Assembly: GCA_965235115.1 (NCBI GenBank)
Contig: OZ249447.1
Location: 18,352,001 to 18,416,000, forward strand
Origin: Laetmonice hystrix
Taxonomy: Eukaryota
Length of the DNA stretch: 64,000 nucleotides
Direction of reading: 5' to 3'
Below, in pieces: positions 38,920 to 51,020 of this stretch. The position numbers were made by a program, and so were the translations under genes. Numbering within the stretch: position 1 is the first letter of the stretch; the number at the start of each line of letters is the position of its first letter. A model generated the notes under the pieces. It saw only the letters and a program-made list of their open reading frames with translations. It searched no databases and had not been told where the DNA came from.

Positions 38920-39700
38920 ATATGTGGAGTGGTAATTAGTTTTTGGATGACGTTATTGCTATGCGAGCATCCTGCCAGGTTTTATATACGAACAGTGGTG
39001 GATGACAATGTTGTTCAGGACCGCTATCCTAATGCTTGCCAAACTGGCTGCCACCAGGAGGCGGGGCGGACAGATACACTCAGTATTAACAAGGCATTGC
39101 GTGGTGGGTGTATGGGGTGTTTGTTACCACGGATCAGGGAGCATTATATAGGTCCCTGTAACCGCGTAATTGTATTATACAATCACGCGTCATCTGAGGA
39201 AATAGTTCGGCTTTTTTAAATAACTACATCCCTACATAGAAATATGCGTTACGATGGAACATTACATGTGAAAAAATAGATTGTTGATAGATATTTAGAA
39301 TGCACGCTGGTATATTATAAGTAAATGTTGCTCCCCCAAGTATAGTGCACCGTCCGTTGACATGAGCTTCTCCCAGCTGGCTGTTTGTACTGAGGGACTT
39401 TTTGGAGCTGTCAGCGTACTTCTAATTGAGATTTATTATGTCGTAATGCCCATGGTATCATTATCCACCATGGGGGTCATTCTGTCCCGACATGGGCGGT
39501 AACGGCATCATAGGCCTACAGATCCTCGGGAGTATCAGTGGCAAGAGGCTGAGACTGAACGTGGAGGCACAGCGAGGTGATATACGCTCTTTGTCGTACG
39601 CCTTCTTATAGTGTCGTGCGCAGAAAGATTTTAAGTGCCAGGGTCATGGAAAAAGAGGTAGGGGTCATTGGCCCTTATCGGTGGGGTAGGGACCCCTAAT
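38920..39700 (-). mobile_element. Possible CR1-like C-terminal remnant
   Basis: LKIFLRTTL*EGVRQRAY (LG.IRR.L...VK..AY-like); weak. Confidence 0.3.
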
Positions 39701-42700
39701 GGATTGAGCTGTATGTGTACCCATGTTGCCTAATATATACATGTAGTAATAAATCAAGATCTAGGAGACGATCTGCTATATTCGAGGTTGTAGGGAATGG
39801 GGCAGTTGTTTAACAACATAGAGACAGGAAAGGTACCAAGGTATAGGAAAGGAAAGGTACCAATACTGTACGTTAAAAAACATTCTATGTAGTTTCCAGT
39901 GCCAGGAGTGCCGCCCCTATCCACTGAAATCTGGGGTGAAATACATCTGGTACATATATCATAGTCCAGCATCAACAATTTAACACAACCGTCTGGGTTT
40001 TTTTTTTCAATCAAAAATCTAGCAATATAATAACTAGTAGTATTAACAATATGACTATAGAAACCCGATCCTGGCTGTTTCTGCTCTGCGATGCCTCATG
40101 GCCATGGGAGTGGTATTTTCAGACTAAGGAATCGCCCATTTGATCTTAGCGGTGCCCGAATAGCAGGCTGAGGCCGTGTCGTTGATGATGTATTTTGTAG
40201 ACACTCAAAGTCTCAAGAAGGCACCACCCGCTTGTATTAAGACGTCAGGAAGGCAGAGACTCAGTTTACATCGGAGCCGTCCATGACAAGTTCACTTTGT
40301 GGCGAGAGGCCTGCTTTCATAATATCCTGTCACTGAACAGTTCCTCTCTCTGGTATAATCGTCAGCAACCCCCCCCCCCCCCCCCCCCCCATAGCCACTT
40401 AGACTTAAGTGTTGTGTAAATGTTATCACGCAAGGCATGGTAATTAGGGGCCCTCGACGAGGGTGGGGAGGGTGTGGGGGTCGCTAGCTGGGGACAGAAC
40501 AGAGGAGAGAGAAAAAAAAGAGGACCAAGAGTGGGTGCATGATGTGGCCGTTAATCTGGTTGATTGGCGTCAGGTTCAGTGATCTCAGTGTGGACTGGCC
40601 CGGTCACAACGATAACCGTGATAATTGTAATGATAACCTAGGTAATGTACCACTAACCGCCCACAATGAGATCCTCACCAATGAAATCAGGTCCTGACAA
40701 AAGAACCAACATGTCGGGGTGTATAATTGCACGAATCGTGCTACGTAATTGTGGGTTAGTCTGATGGGGTGATGAACTGAACGAGTGCGGGGTTAAGTGC
40801 ATGTGTGCCTTGTCATTTTGAGGAATCTGGACTATATATGAAACATTAAACTCTTAATTGAATATCACTTGTTTCTTCAGACTGCAGTGATAAAAAACGG
40901 GGCTCCTTTTGAACAATGTTTCCTAGACTGAACTGACACGATGCACTTGTATATTATACAAGTAGGTTACGGTGTCAATTCTTGCCACTCTCAGTATCTA
41001 GAGAACCCTAAAACCAGTGGGGCCATGAATGTGGATCTCATCATTTAGCAGTTTATGGTTCAGTAGTCCAGTGATAGGGTTTGAGGGGATGTATTGGCCT
41101 TTTGTTGTTAACCTCCGCACAGCATGGGAACTCTTCCTAAGTACAAAGGGGTGATTGGCGGCGGGAGAAATCAAAGAATTCCAAATATGTTTGTGATGGG
41201 AACCATGGGGCATTGTCCATGGCATATGTGCGAAACATCTTGAACCCTGGATTGTTTCTGCTCTGGCCGAAATGCAGCGAATATTTCGTCTGTGTGGAAA
41301 CGAAATCATCGTCTCATTTTATTCAGAACAGACACTATATCCAGAATGTGGATCGTTAATAAAAATAAAGTGTCAATAAAATCGTAACCATTGGATTATT
41401 TGTACAATTCCAAATGATCTTACTTAGGGAAATAAATGTTTCCATTTATGAGATTTATGTGTGCTGGGAAAATTGAAAGAATGCATGTCGCTCTGTCCTT
41501 AGTCCTTTTAGTAGGACATTGACCGCAGCCGAATCAGGACAAGGAAATGGAATGGTTGTAAGGCCTGGCACTTATGTGGCTGACAAGACGGCTTGACCCT
41601 GCGGACTGGTCGGCCTGTCAGAGTGTTACTGGTTTACTGAGGCCGATCGGCGAACACAAGATTAATGGTTGTGCTCCGTCTGTCACGGCGTGGTGATGGA
41701 CAGTCGGTGGGGGTCAGCTGGAGGGCTGGGGGATGGTACTGGTACAGGGGCACATGGGATCCTATAGACCCTAGCGGTTACTGGGGGTTGGTATACTGAG
41801 GGCTTATTGAACCACCAGCGTGAGCAGGCCCCCAGGTGACCTCAGCAGGTCAAGTTGGCACTCTGCACTTTGTTTTGGCCCAATTTGGTATGGCCAGGTG
41901 CAATCAGCGTCATTCAACAAATCTCCGCTTGACTTCTGATGACCTCAGGATAGAAGACCTGATAGGGGCAGCATACGGGAGAGTTTTGGGTGGTGGGTAG
42001 ACTTGGAATAGGTTTAGGAATATTGGCTTTACATGCTAAATACTACATGCGATCAGTATTGAGTTAAAGAAAGTAGAATGATTCTGAGGCGGTTCGAGTC
42101 CGTGCCAGGCTCTCAATCCTTTATTGGACGGAGGGCTGCCGTGGAGAACTTCATTACTGGGTCATAATTCAGGACCTGTCGGAACCCGCCAGGTTTATAA
42201 TAGTAATGTCATGTGATGGCAAGCTATGGAGTGATTTGATAGTCGGGCCTCAATGGGCAAATTGAGGCAGGAGGTTGAATGTTGCGATCAATATCATAAT
42301 GGTCAGTTGAAGTCATGGAATACTGACCAGCAACATGTCCCCCTCCCCAGGCTGTTGACCATAGGGCACTCCATCACCGTCCCAGATTCTTTGCTATGTA
42401 TTTGTCGAGGGGTCTGGGCAGGCCAATGCATTCAGTGTAGATTTGGAGGGAAGGCAGGCGCGGTGGGGTGGGGGGGGGGGGGGTAAGGCGGGGGCTGGCT
42501 GGAGTTTAGGGCCACTTCACATGCAGGGCAGGTTTCCCTGTCCACTATGCAGTTAGATGTAGATGACATGGGGGGAGATTATGGATAGCAGGTGCCCACG
42601 TCAAGCCTTGAACCGTTCCGGGTATGGTCTTAACTGATAGGTGTCTATTTTTAGGGATTCGCCTTGAGCCGGTAATTTTAAAAGAAGATTAAATTGGAGC

Positions 42701-42802
42701 TTAAAGGTAATGGTCAATTGATGCATTGTTCCTAACACTGCCCTGTTCTGTGCGGCTCGGTAGAGATTCGGTAGCGTTCCAAAATCAGTCATAACAAACA
42801 AT

Positions 42803-42838
42803 AATATTTTGTTCTTTTCACCTATGTTTCAGGTGAGT
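42803..42838 (+). other. Zero-length exon / candidate recursive splice site (AG 42831-32 | GT 42833-34)
   Basis: attttgttcttttcacctatgtttCAG immediately followed by perfect donor GTGAGT. Confidence 0.5.
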
Positions 42839-44311
42839 ACCGGTATCCCATATCGCAAGACTACATATTGGATACTTTCGGTTCAAGGTAAAAGAGATGA
42901 CGGGTTTCTGCTTCAAGCTTCCTTTATTCAAGTAGCATTATTCAGGAAAGGCTGATGGTGGAACAACTCGTCCAAGGAGGGAATAAAATCATTATAATCA
43001 GTATACATGTAATCGTCAGGACCATTAAGGTAGCTTCCGGTAGGATGAAAAAATAGAAAATCAAAACGGTTCCAGATTGAGACCTCGGCATTAGTCGTCA
43101 GTGAGATGAGGAAAAATTGAATGTGGACAGGAGAGACTCGAGTAAAGCTGCTGTGTATACAAGTTAGGGATATGGTATGAAAACATGGCAGAAATACGGC
43201 TCACTCTGATCACTGGGTCTCATGACGATGGCATGCAGTCACAAAAACCTCGGATTTGATAAAGACATTGGCTTATTTCGTTGATTGACTGCTGTCACCC
43301 ATTAAGGAGAGCTGGTCTGAGCTGTTAAAAAGCTGCCCTTTGCGACCACAGGAATGGGAGCTGTGGTGCTGGCCGACACTTTGATGGAAGATGGCGAGTC
43401 AGGAGAGAGAGGTGAGACAGGTTGTGAGATACGTGGGAGACGGCTGGAGAACGGCGCACTGCGGCAGTGTGTGACCGTCCGTCCGTCCACCTGAGACCAT
43501 ATCACATCAGGCTCCTCTAGACTCACGGCCGTCTCCAGTGATCCCACCCACTGCCGCATCCTGATGGTCAGACAAGGGAAGGAAGCCCGGCCACTTAAAA
43601 TGTCTCAAGTTGCCGCATCTCAGAGAACGATCAGGCCCCAGAGACAATTTCCAGGACACTGCATACCAGATCAATAGTGCCGCACCTGGGGAGGGGCTGG
43701 GGGTGGGGAGGGGTGGGGAGGGGCTGGGGGTGAATAGGGGTGGGGTGGTGAACAGAAGACGGCGGCGGCAGCGGCCATGTTCGCGATGGTCTTCATTTGA
43801 CAGGAAATCAGACAAATACCTCCAACCAATGACTCATGTCGTGTGAAGCATGTACTGTAATTGGAGAGGTGTCAGATAGAGATACGTATACAGAAGGGGG
43901 TGCATTCACTGATTGCAAAGAATAGTCTTTCAAGGAATGGTAGGTCATGTAGATTAGGGGCGCGACGTTTTTGTCTTCTGCAAATGTCATATTGAGGAAT
44001 GCTCAATGAAGTCATTGGAATAGAGCTTTTTTCAACAATGAATGCTTTGACGTCCACGTTATTAGAAAAAAAACTAGGCGGGTGGGATTGAAATTGTATT
44101 GGTGTATTGGTGCTACTGATAACTGATAATAGAGATATTTATATAGAATATTTTGATGATCTTATTATACACCAGACGCACCAATCAGTAGACTGATCTA
44201 AGACGCAAAGAAACAATTCCAACCGGCCGTTGAGACTAAATGACCTTTTTTTAGACGAAATGGTGACTATAGTCCTACCGGCCGAGTTGATTGATTCATA
44301 ATCTGAGACCA

Positions 44312-44430
44312 GGGCCCAGTTTTCAAAAATTCCCATCTTGAGTAAAGCTTAAAACAGGCTTCTGATTAGCTGGCCTGATAGTTAAAAGTACGCTTTACTC
44401 AGGTTGCGAATTTTTGAAAAAACTGGGCCC
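44312..44430. mobile_element. Small palindromic MITE (gggccc-type ends), related to 15778
   Basis: gggcccagttttcaaaaattc...gaatttttgaaaaaactgggccc; internal agtaaagc/gctttact. Confidence 0.75.
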
Positions 44431-45186
44431 AGGTGAAGCATAGAAGACAGGTTGGCGGTGTGTACTCGAGTGACATCTTCCAACAAGTGACAAGTGTGAT
44501 GACAGGGTGAAGTCAGCCATGGCCCCATCAGGCAGGAGCCCGGGGGCCACCACACTGCAGGCACTCGCTGCAGGCACACCAGCCAAGCCGCACTAACGTC
44601 GCGTAAAATAAGAGGCCGATAAGACTTGATGACGACCCTGTCCTGCCTAACCAAGGGAACCCAAAGGGGGTGACTGATCGCTGAATGTTTCCCACTTAAA
44701 ACAACAACTGGTTCTTCCTCCTCCTTCCGGGAGCAGCTGGTCGTCCCTGCACTTCACAGAGTTTTCACATGTTGAGGGGAGAAATCGTAATGTCAACACG
44801 ACTTTGTTCGGGAGAGTGTGAAAGCCACCATGTCAGTGGCCATGAGAACTTGTTTCCTGGTGATCTTGTTTTCACTGCCAGCACCCGGTTCTTCGAAAAT
44901 GAAGTTCTTGCTTTTTTGAGAAACCGGCGCCCAGACGTTAATTAATCTTCCCACGTTGGGAGACTCTAGAGTGGTTTACAGGTATTCTGACCTGGTTCGG
45001 CAAGGGCGCAGCGGGTATTTGTAGGTTGTCATTCATCTTCGGAGTCTGGGTGGACCTAGGGCTAGCTGTGAGCTATTTAGGGATTCCAAAGGGGTAGTAT
45101 GGTGTTAACTGGTAGAAATGTTGAAAGGTTTGCAGATTGACCCAAAAGTTTGGAGATTCTAGACTAATGTGGGTCTAGCTGTCTTG

Positions 45187-45600
45187 TCAGTTGTAATGTA
45201 CCAGCAGTGAGTCGAGGATAGCAGTGAGCCGAGAAGTGCTTGGCTTGGTCTCGGAGAGCCGACCCCCAAGGACATGAACCGTTTGACCTCTGTGAAAAAT
45301 GTCGCCAAGGATGAACGTGGAGGATACGGCGGGAATGGAATTCATTCCATAATCATAACTTACAGCTAGTATTTGATGGATGTGCGCAAGGAGTGCTCCT
45401 CGCGACCAGCAAATATTGATAAAGACAACAGGTTTTATTATGCTGCTTTGATAAGACGATACCGGCCGTCGGTTAGGAGGGAGGAGGGTGCTCGATAGAA
45501 TCTCCACGCTCCCAGTATCGCAGTGCTGTTTAACGCATTGAATTCTCCAGGGCTTTTTTTTAGTCGATAAGGACATTTTAAAATGTTCTTGGAACCGTGA
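45187..45600 (-). mobile_element. Degenerate LINE APE-endonuclease remnant (explains the 148-aa ORF)
   Basis: CDTGSVEIL, VVFINIC, FILGDIF (ILGDFN-like), KPSTSRLTAILD (PT.R..A.LD-like). Confidence 0.55.
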
Positions 45601-46581
45601 ATGTTGGCCATCGTGCAATTTGTAGGCATTCATGCATGCATTTCTTCATGTTTCATATTGATTTAAAGTGGGACATTTTTCTGTGGGTTTATTTTTTTCA
45701 TTTAACAGTTGCCGTTCCTGCTCTTCAGATGAATGTACTGCAATACTGTAATAGTATGCACTTTTCAACAAAAGACTAAATACATCCAGCTATTTAAATC
45801 AAAAGGGACAGTATGGTTTTGTTCCTGTAAACATATAGGATTCCGTGAAATAATTGGCACTACCTTGAGTTGAGCATAGTCTTGATTGTTGTGGGGGGCG
45901 TTTTCACATCAGCTTCAGTTCCTGGAATGTTCCTGATGTTTTTAGCTGGTCCAGGGGCCTCCAGCCAACCCGCCCACCCCCTACCTGTTTTTACCCTGTA
46001 CACACACCCAAACATTCACAAACTCCCGACTTCAGTGGGAGTAGGTGACGAGAAATAGCGTTTCAGTGGTGAGCTGATGCAGGGCACAGCCAGGAGGGTG
46101 ACAGGCAGTACGGTAATAACTGTGAGGTGCTGTAGGGTGACAGGTCTTAGCAGGCGCAGTTGGCAGGTTACAGGCAGTACAGTGAATGTCAACTCTAGGA
46201 CATACAGGCAACGTGAGGACGTGTATAATAAGTGAGTAGAGTTATGGCGAAAAAGGGCATCCTGTTTTCTAGACTCACGAAACAAAGTCTTAAGTTGTTG
46301 TTCAGGTGCGTGTCTACACGCACTCAAATGTCATTTCATGAGTTTAGTCTGTGTGTCATGAAATGACACACTGACTATGGAATGTCACGCTGACTATGGA
46401 AGGACACACTGACTATGGCATGACACACAGGTGTGTCATGGTTGGAGCTCCAGTTCGAGGGGCAAGTCCAGATCCAGACCCACCCAGGGAGAGGAGCAAG
46501 ACAAGTCCTGGCAGACCCTGGCCACCAGGGTACGACATGACACTTGGTCCCGGGGGCGCTGCTGAAATCCGTCAATAAACC

Positions 46582-46726
46582 TGTGCCTTCCAGAACCGTT
46601 TCCGTTTTCAGTTTCAGGCATTCATTATAACGTTCCTGAAACGTTTGTTATTTATAACTGTGCCTTCCTAACAGAACCGTTTCCATCATTCATTATAACC
46701 TTCCTGAAACGTTTATTCTGTATAAC
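46582..46726. repeat. Imperfect tandem duplication of about 70 bp
   Basis: gtgccttcc..agaaccgtttcc..cattcattataac.ttcctgaaacgttt..tataact twice. Confidence 0.75.
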
Positions 46727-47892
46727 TCGTATAATAAGCTCTGTAATCTTTGAGTGTGGCTGCATGTTGTATTATACTTTGTGCCCTCCAGGCTCCACAG
46801 TATCCTCTGTTCCTGAGGGTACAAGTGGCGGCCTGGAGGTAGCATCACCAACCTGCCCACCCAACCGACCAAGTCTTGAACAGATTCCTTCATGGACCCC
46901 CGCGTTTCCTGTTCAGGGTCAGGGGTGAATCTAGACGTAGCATCATCTCCCAGGGTACGACCCCAGGAGGCCGGCAGTGGTAGTACTACCTACCCTGGTT
47001 GGATGGTAGGGGCGGGGCTGGGGTTGAGGGCGCCCAGTCAAGGAGAGCTTTGTGTCTGTGTTAGTGTTTCCGTGATAGCAGAGCTTCCCCTTGTTTATAG
47101 TTCAGGGCTTGCAGTAGTCGGCCTGCTATAGCTGACCCCGTCGGGACAGAATCTCAGCACCCACAAACTTCTTCTCTCCCCCAACTCAGGGACGCCGCAG
47201 TGGCCCATCCCCCACCCGTTAATTTACGCACAGTAGGGTCTAAATTAGAGCCTCTTTGATTATGTTATTGAATATTTGAACCATCATCCGGAGAGGAGAG
47301 GTCGGTTCGGAGTTTTAAACCTCTGAGTGGACTCTGCGGTAGTGTGGAGAGCATCAGTTGTCGTCAGATACGCATACATCAAGTAAGTTGTTTGGTTTTA
47401 CAGTCGAGAGACCTGGTAGAACAGACAGCGTCAAGAACTGGCATAGTTTCCACACTTAAAACCAGGAGAACCCCTGCCGCTGGGGCTCTGGCAGGGAACA
47501 CCGCCAGAACTTTATCGGTGGCATACTTAGGTCGGGTCCGTATGCGTTGAATGCAGGACAAGTAAAATGTCAACTGCATCGTTAGGAACATCGGAGAAGG
47601 CCAGTGATATTGACAGTAGATGCTGCTGCGGTTACAGTTATTTATTTAGACTGGTAAAATACCTGCTGTTAGTCTGATTGAATAAACAATCATGCCGTTA
47701 ATACACACCAGGTGTCACCACCCGTCCCGCGTCCAGGGGGGACACCGGGTTGTAGTGACACACAAAGCCGGAAAGAAGCACAAGCGAACAAAGCCTGACT
47801 GAGAACTTGCCATAGCTTGTTTTCTCAAGGGACTCTATGTATTGATTGTGAAAGCCGCAAGATTATTTAATAAAAGTAAGTTTTTGAAAACT

Positions 47893-48150
47893 TCAACGCT
47901 CCACATCTACAAGGATCTGTTTTGGTGCTAACGCACGCCACCAGAGGGCCTCAGTGAGAGAACCGGCCTCTTGGATGGAGTCGGCGAAAAGGCGGCATGG
48001 AGCTAGAGCCGACATGAAGATTCGGCCTGTCTCAGTAGGTTTTGATATCCGTAGGTACACAAGATAGAACACCATTGCTTTAGCAGGATTGGTTTCTAAA
48101 GCAGTAACACTAACAGCTTCTTGTATGAAATTGTAACGGCAAGTTTTCAG
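47893..48150 (-). mobile_element. Possible tyrosine-recombinase (DIRS/Ngaro) remnant
   Basis: LKTCRYNF..VSVTALETNPAKAMVFYL..GRIF..IQEAG loosely follows SKTD..V.I..CPV.A..YL..LF..L..AG; no catalytic motif seen. Confidence 0.25.
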
Positions 48151-49421
48151 TTGCCTTTAGAATGTTGATTTCGCGAAGTGCTCCGCACGGTCTACCATCC
48201 GAGTTTTGTCCCTGATGATGTATTACCATATCGAGTGGGTAAAAAGAGCCCTTTATCAGGACAGTAACAGGGAATGGGCATCAGGCAAGCTGTGCGTATA
48301 TACAATACTGAGCTCAACTGGGGTGATATGGTTGGATCACAAAATGGGTATTTTGTATTCAGCGTGCTGTCTGCGTGGTCTGAAATAGGGATAGGCTCTG
48401 ACAGGCCATTTATTCCACTTGGTTAGAATAGATGGTACCCGTTCAGTTTGGGCTTTCATTCCCATAAGCAAAGGGATTTTGTGACTTGCTGATGTCCTGC
48501 TACCAAAAATTTCAAGCGATACGGGGAAGCGTTACAGTCCCCATAGCTCAGTTATCTCTGTGTGGGCAATGGGACATCATGCTCAACTGCAGATAATGCA
48601 CCTTTGGTTGCTGCATGTAGAGTTTGTATTTCTAAGCAAACTCTCTTGAGAAGGTATAAATTGACTGATTTCCTAGTGTACACGAATCACAACCTTAAGG
48701 AATAATGTGCAACTCATGGATGCGGGATCGCGTGATGTCACAACATCACCACAGCTATTACATATTCAGTGGATGTTCCCAGAAACAAAAACCTATCAGA
48801 GGAACCAAAATACATTGAAAAAAACAAATTAACATTCCACTGATAGTGTAGGTTTCGGTTTGTGAATATGAGGCGGCAGTGCGTCTAACTGGTTCAGTAT
48901 TAATTTTGATGCAGTACCAGATTCTTTGATGACCTTCCCTCAATGGACACAATAGAGGTTGTTCTTTCCATGTTGTGTTTTCTTGCCATATCACTCTGCT
49001 TGCTACAATGAGTGTTGACAATATTTAGAATATTTTAATGCTTGTTTAATCCTGTGAATGGCAGACATACCCGGTAATGTGGCGAGGGTTGGGATTATTA
49101 TGAAATGGAAAGATTTTCTTCTTTGTGAATGACTGACTACAATTCTTACCAGAAAAAAAGTGCCATGCTGCAGGCCGGTTGTGCTAGAACCCCCAGTTGG
49201 TGGCCAGGCTAGTGATCAGGGCCTAATGGTAACCCCAGCAACAATACAATAGTAGTATACCCAACAGGAAACAGAGACGGAATCCATCACCACAACCCCG
49301 GGGATATGTCCATCAGTCACTGGGGGTCAAAGGTCATACCCGACGATGGGAAACAAAGGCCAGATCTTTGTGGTATATCCACGGAAACGGAAACGAATTT
49401 CACTGCGAGTCCCGCTGCTCA

Positions 49422-49874
49422 TTAAAGGGATGGAAAACACACACGGCAAATAAGGTTTCGTAGACCAAATGAAACACCAGCATTTACCTCAGGGCAATAA
49501 ATGCCATAATTACGTTGTCTGAATGAAGTAATTAACGTGTAACTGCCCGATGTGTGACGCCACTGGTTCTGCTTGTGTGTTCGTTCAACACCTCGGACGT
49601 TTACAAACGTTGGGACTCCAAACATCATGTAGACAAGGTCTGTGAGCAGAGTAACACGTAATGTTACGCAATATGCCGTGGTGTGCAGCATTCGGCTCTG
49701 ATGAATACACAAGAAGGTCAAGGTAAGAACCAGCGGCGTCACACATCGGGCAGTTACACGTTAATTACTTCATTCAGACAACGTAATTTTGGCATTTATT
49801 GCCCTGAGGTAAATGCTGGTTTTCCATTTGGTCTACAAAACCTTATTTGCCGTGTGTGTTTACCCTCACTTTAA
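49422..49874. mobile_element. Kolobok-like MITE: 149-bp inverted arms, TTAA flanks, 155-bp spacer
   Basis: TTAA|AG.. left and ..CT|TTAA right; arms 49422-49570 and 49726-49874 are near-perfect reverse complements. Confidence 0.8.
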
Positions 49875-50799
49875 TTCATGTGTTAGGGAGACGGGGGAAT
49901 CTTCAGGTGAAACATTTGTTTGGGCACGCCATAGCCTCAAGCATAGATGTAGAAATAAGTCCCTATCTATACGTCTATGGCTGCAAGTCAAGATCTTAGA
50001 AAAAGTCGCTTTGTCTTAGGTGTTTGTAAGAACATGGATTTATTTTGTCAGACACACTACGTCAGGAGACGCCATGATGTGACACAAGTAGACTCCTGTG
50101 ACACAAGTTGTTAGGAGACGGCCTGACTCCACTAGTGCACCCTTTGGTTTATAGTTATTACTAGTTCATTTGGCCTTCCTCATTGGTAATGACACTTTCT
50201 CCGGACAGATCTGACTCATTCTCAGTCGTGAACTAGAATAAATCATGATACTTTGTGGTAGAATCTCTGTTGGTGGGATAGGATTCGAGAACTATCGATC
50301 ATTACTTCTGAACTTCAATATTTATAGAGGGAAGGGATCATTGGACCAAAGAAAAGTGATAGCGCAAGTCCCAAATTAAGATTTAGGGTGGAAAGTCGAG
50401 AGGGGGACAGTGTAGTGAGTCAGCCGAAGTGTTATAAGTTATAGGACGTATCAGTGTCATATGATGTGGAAACGTATACAGACTGTAGAAGTATTTAGTT
50501 TGTGAAGTGAAACAGCATTCAAGGGTTGCGGGGAACTGGTGGTAGGTTTACGGGAAGTGTCTGTGGTTTCAGGATTTGACTCCCAGCTGACTGTCGTTAC
50601 TGGGTCAGATCTGTCCAAGTATATAACAGTATCAACGAATTAAGACAACATTTTGGTAAGTGTTGAAATATCTACGATGTGATGATATCGACAGTGCCCA
50701 GGTATCATGTGAACGCCTGTTAGTCTCGTTTCATTAAACAAGCGGCTGGTGATAGGGCCAGGCGGTGAGAGTTTTATGTGTAATCCTGGAAACTGAGGA

Positions 50800-51020
50800 A
50801 ATATCAGAGACTAGTGACAGACTGAGGAATGTTTGGCGGGTCTAGTGGGGAGGGTAGGGTGGAGGTACTCGTGTGGTCCTGAGGTTTAGTCGGCCCGCTG
50901 ACTGATCTGCTCACACTTGATGACTCTGTCGACCATCTCAGGTCCACTGAGCCGTGTGCGGTTTGGCTGTGACGCTCAGATGTTGTGGCATTCCTGTGGT
51001 CTGAGACATAGTGCAAGTAT
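50800..51020 (-). mobile_element. Possible CR1-like C-terminal remnant
   Basis: HYVSDHRNATTS...LRWST (FV..DY...TS...L.W.S-like). Confidence 0.3.

Noticed and set aside
49422-49874. Two ORFs encoding the same peptide on opposite strands
   Set aside because: A direct consequence of the inverted arms of a MITE.
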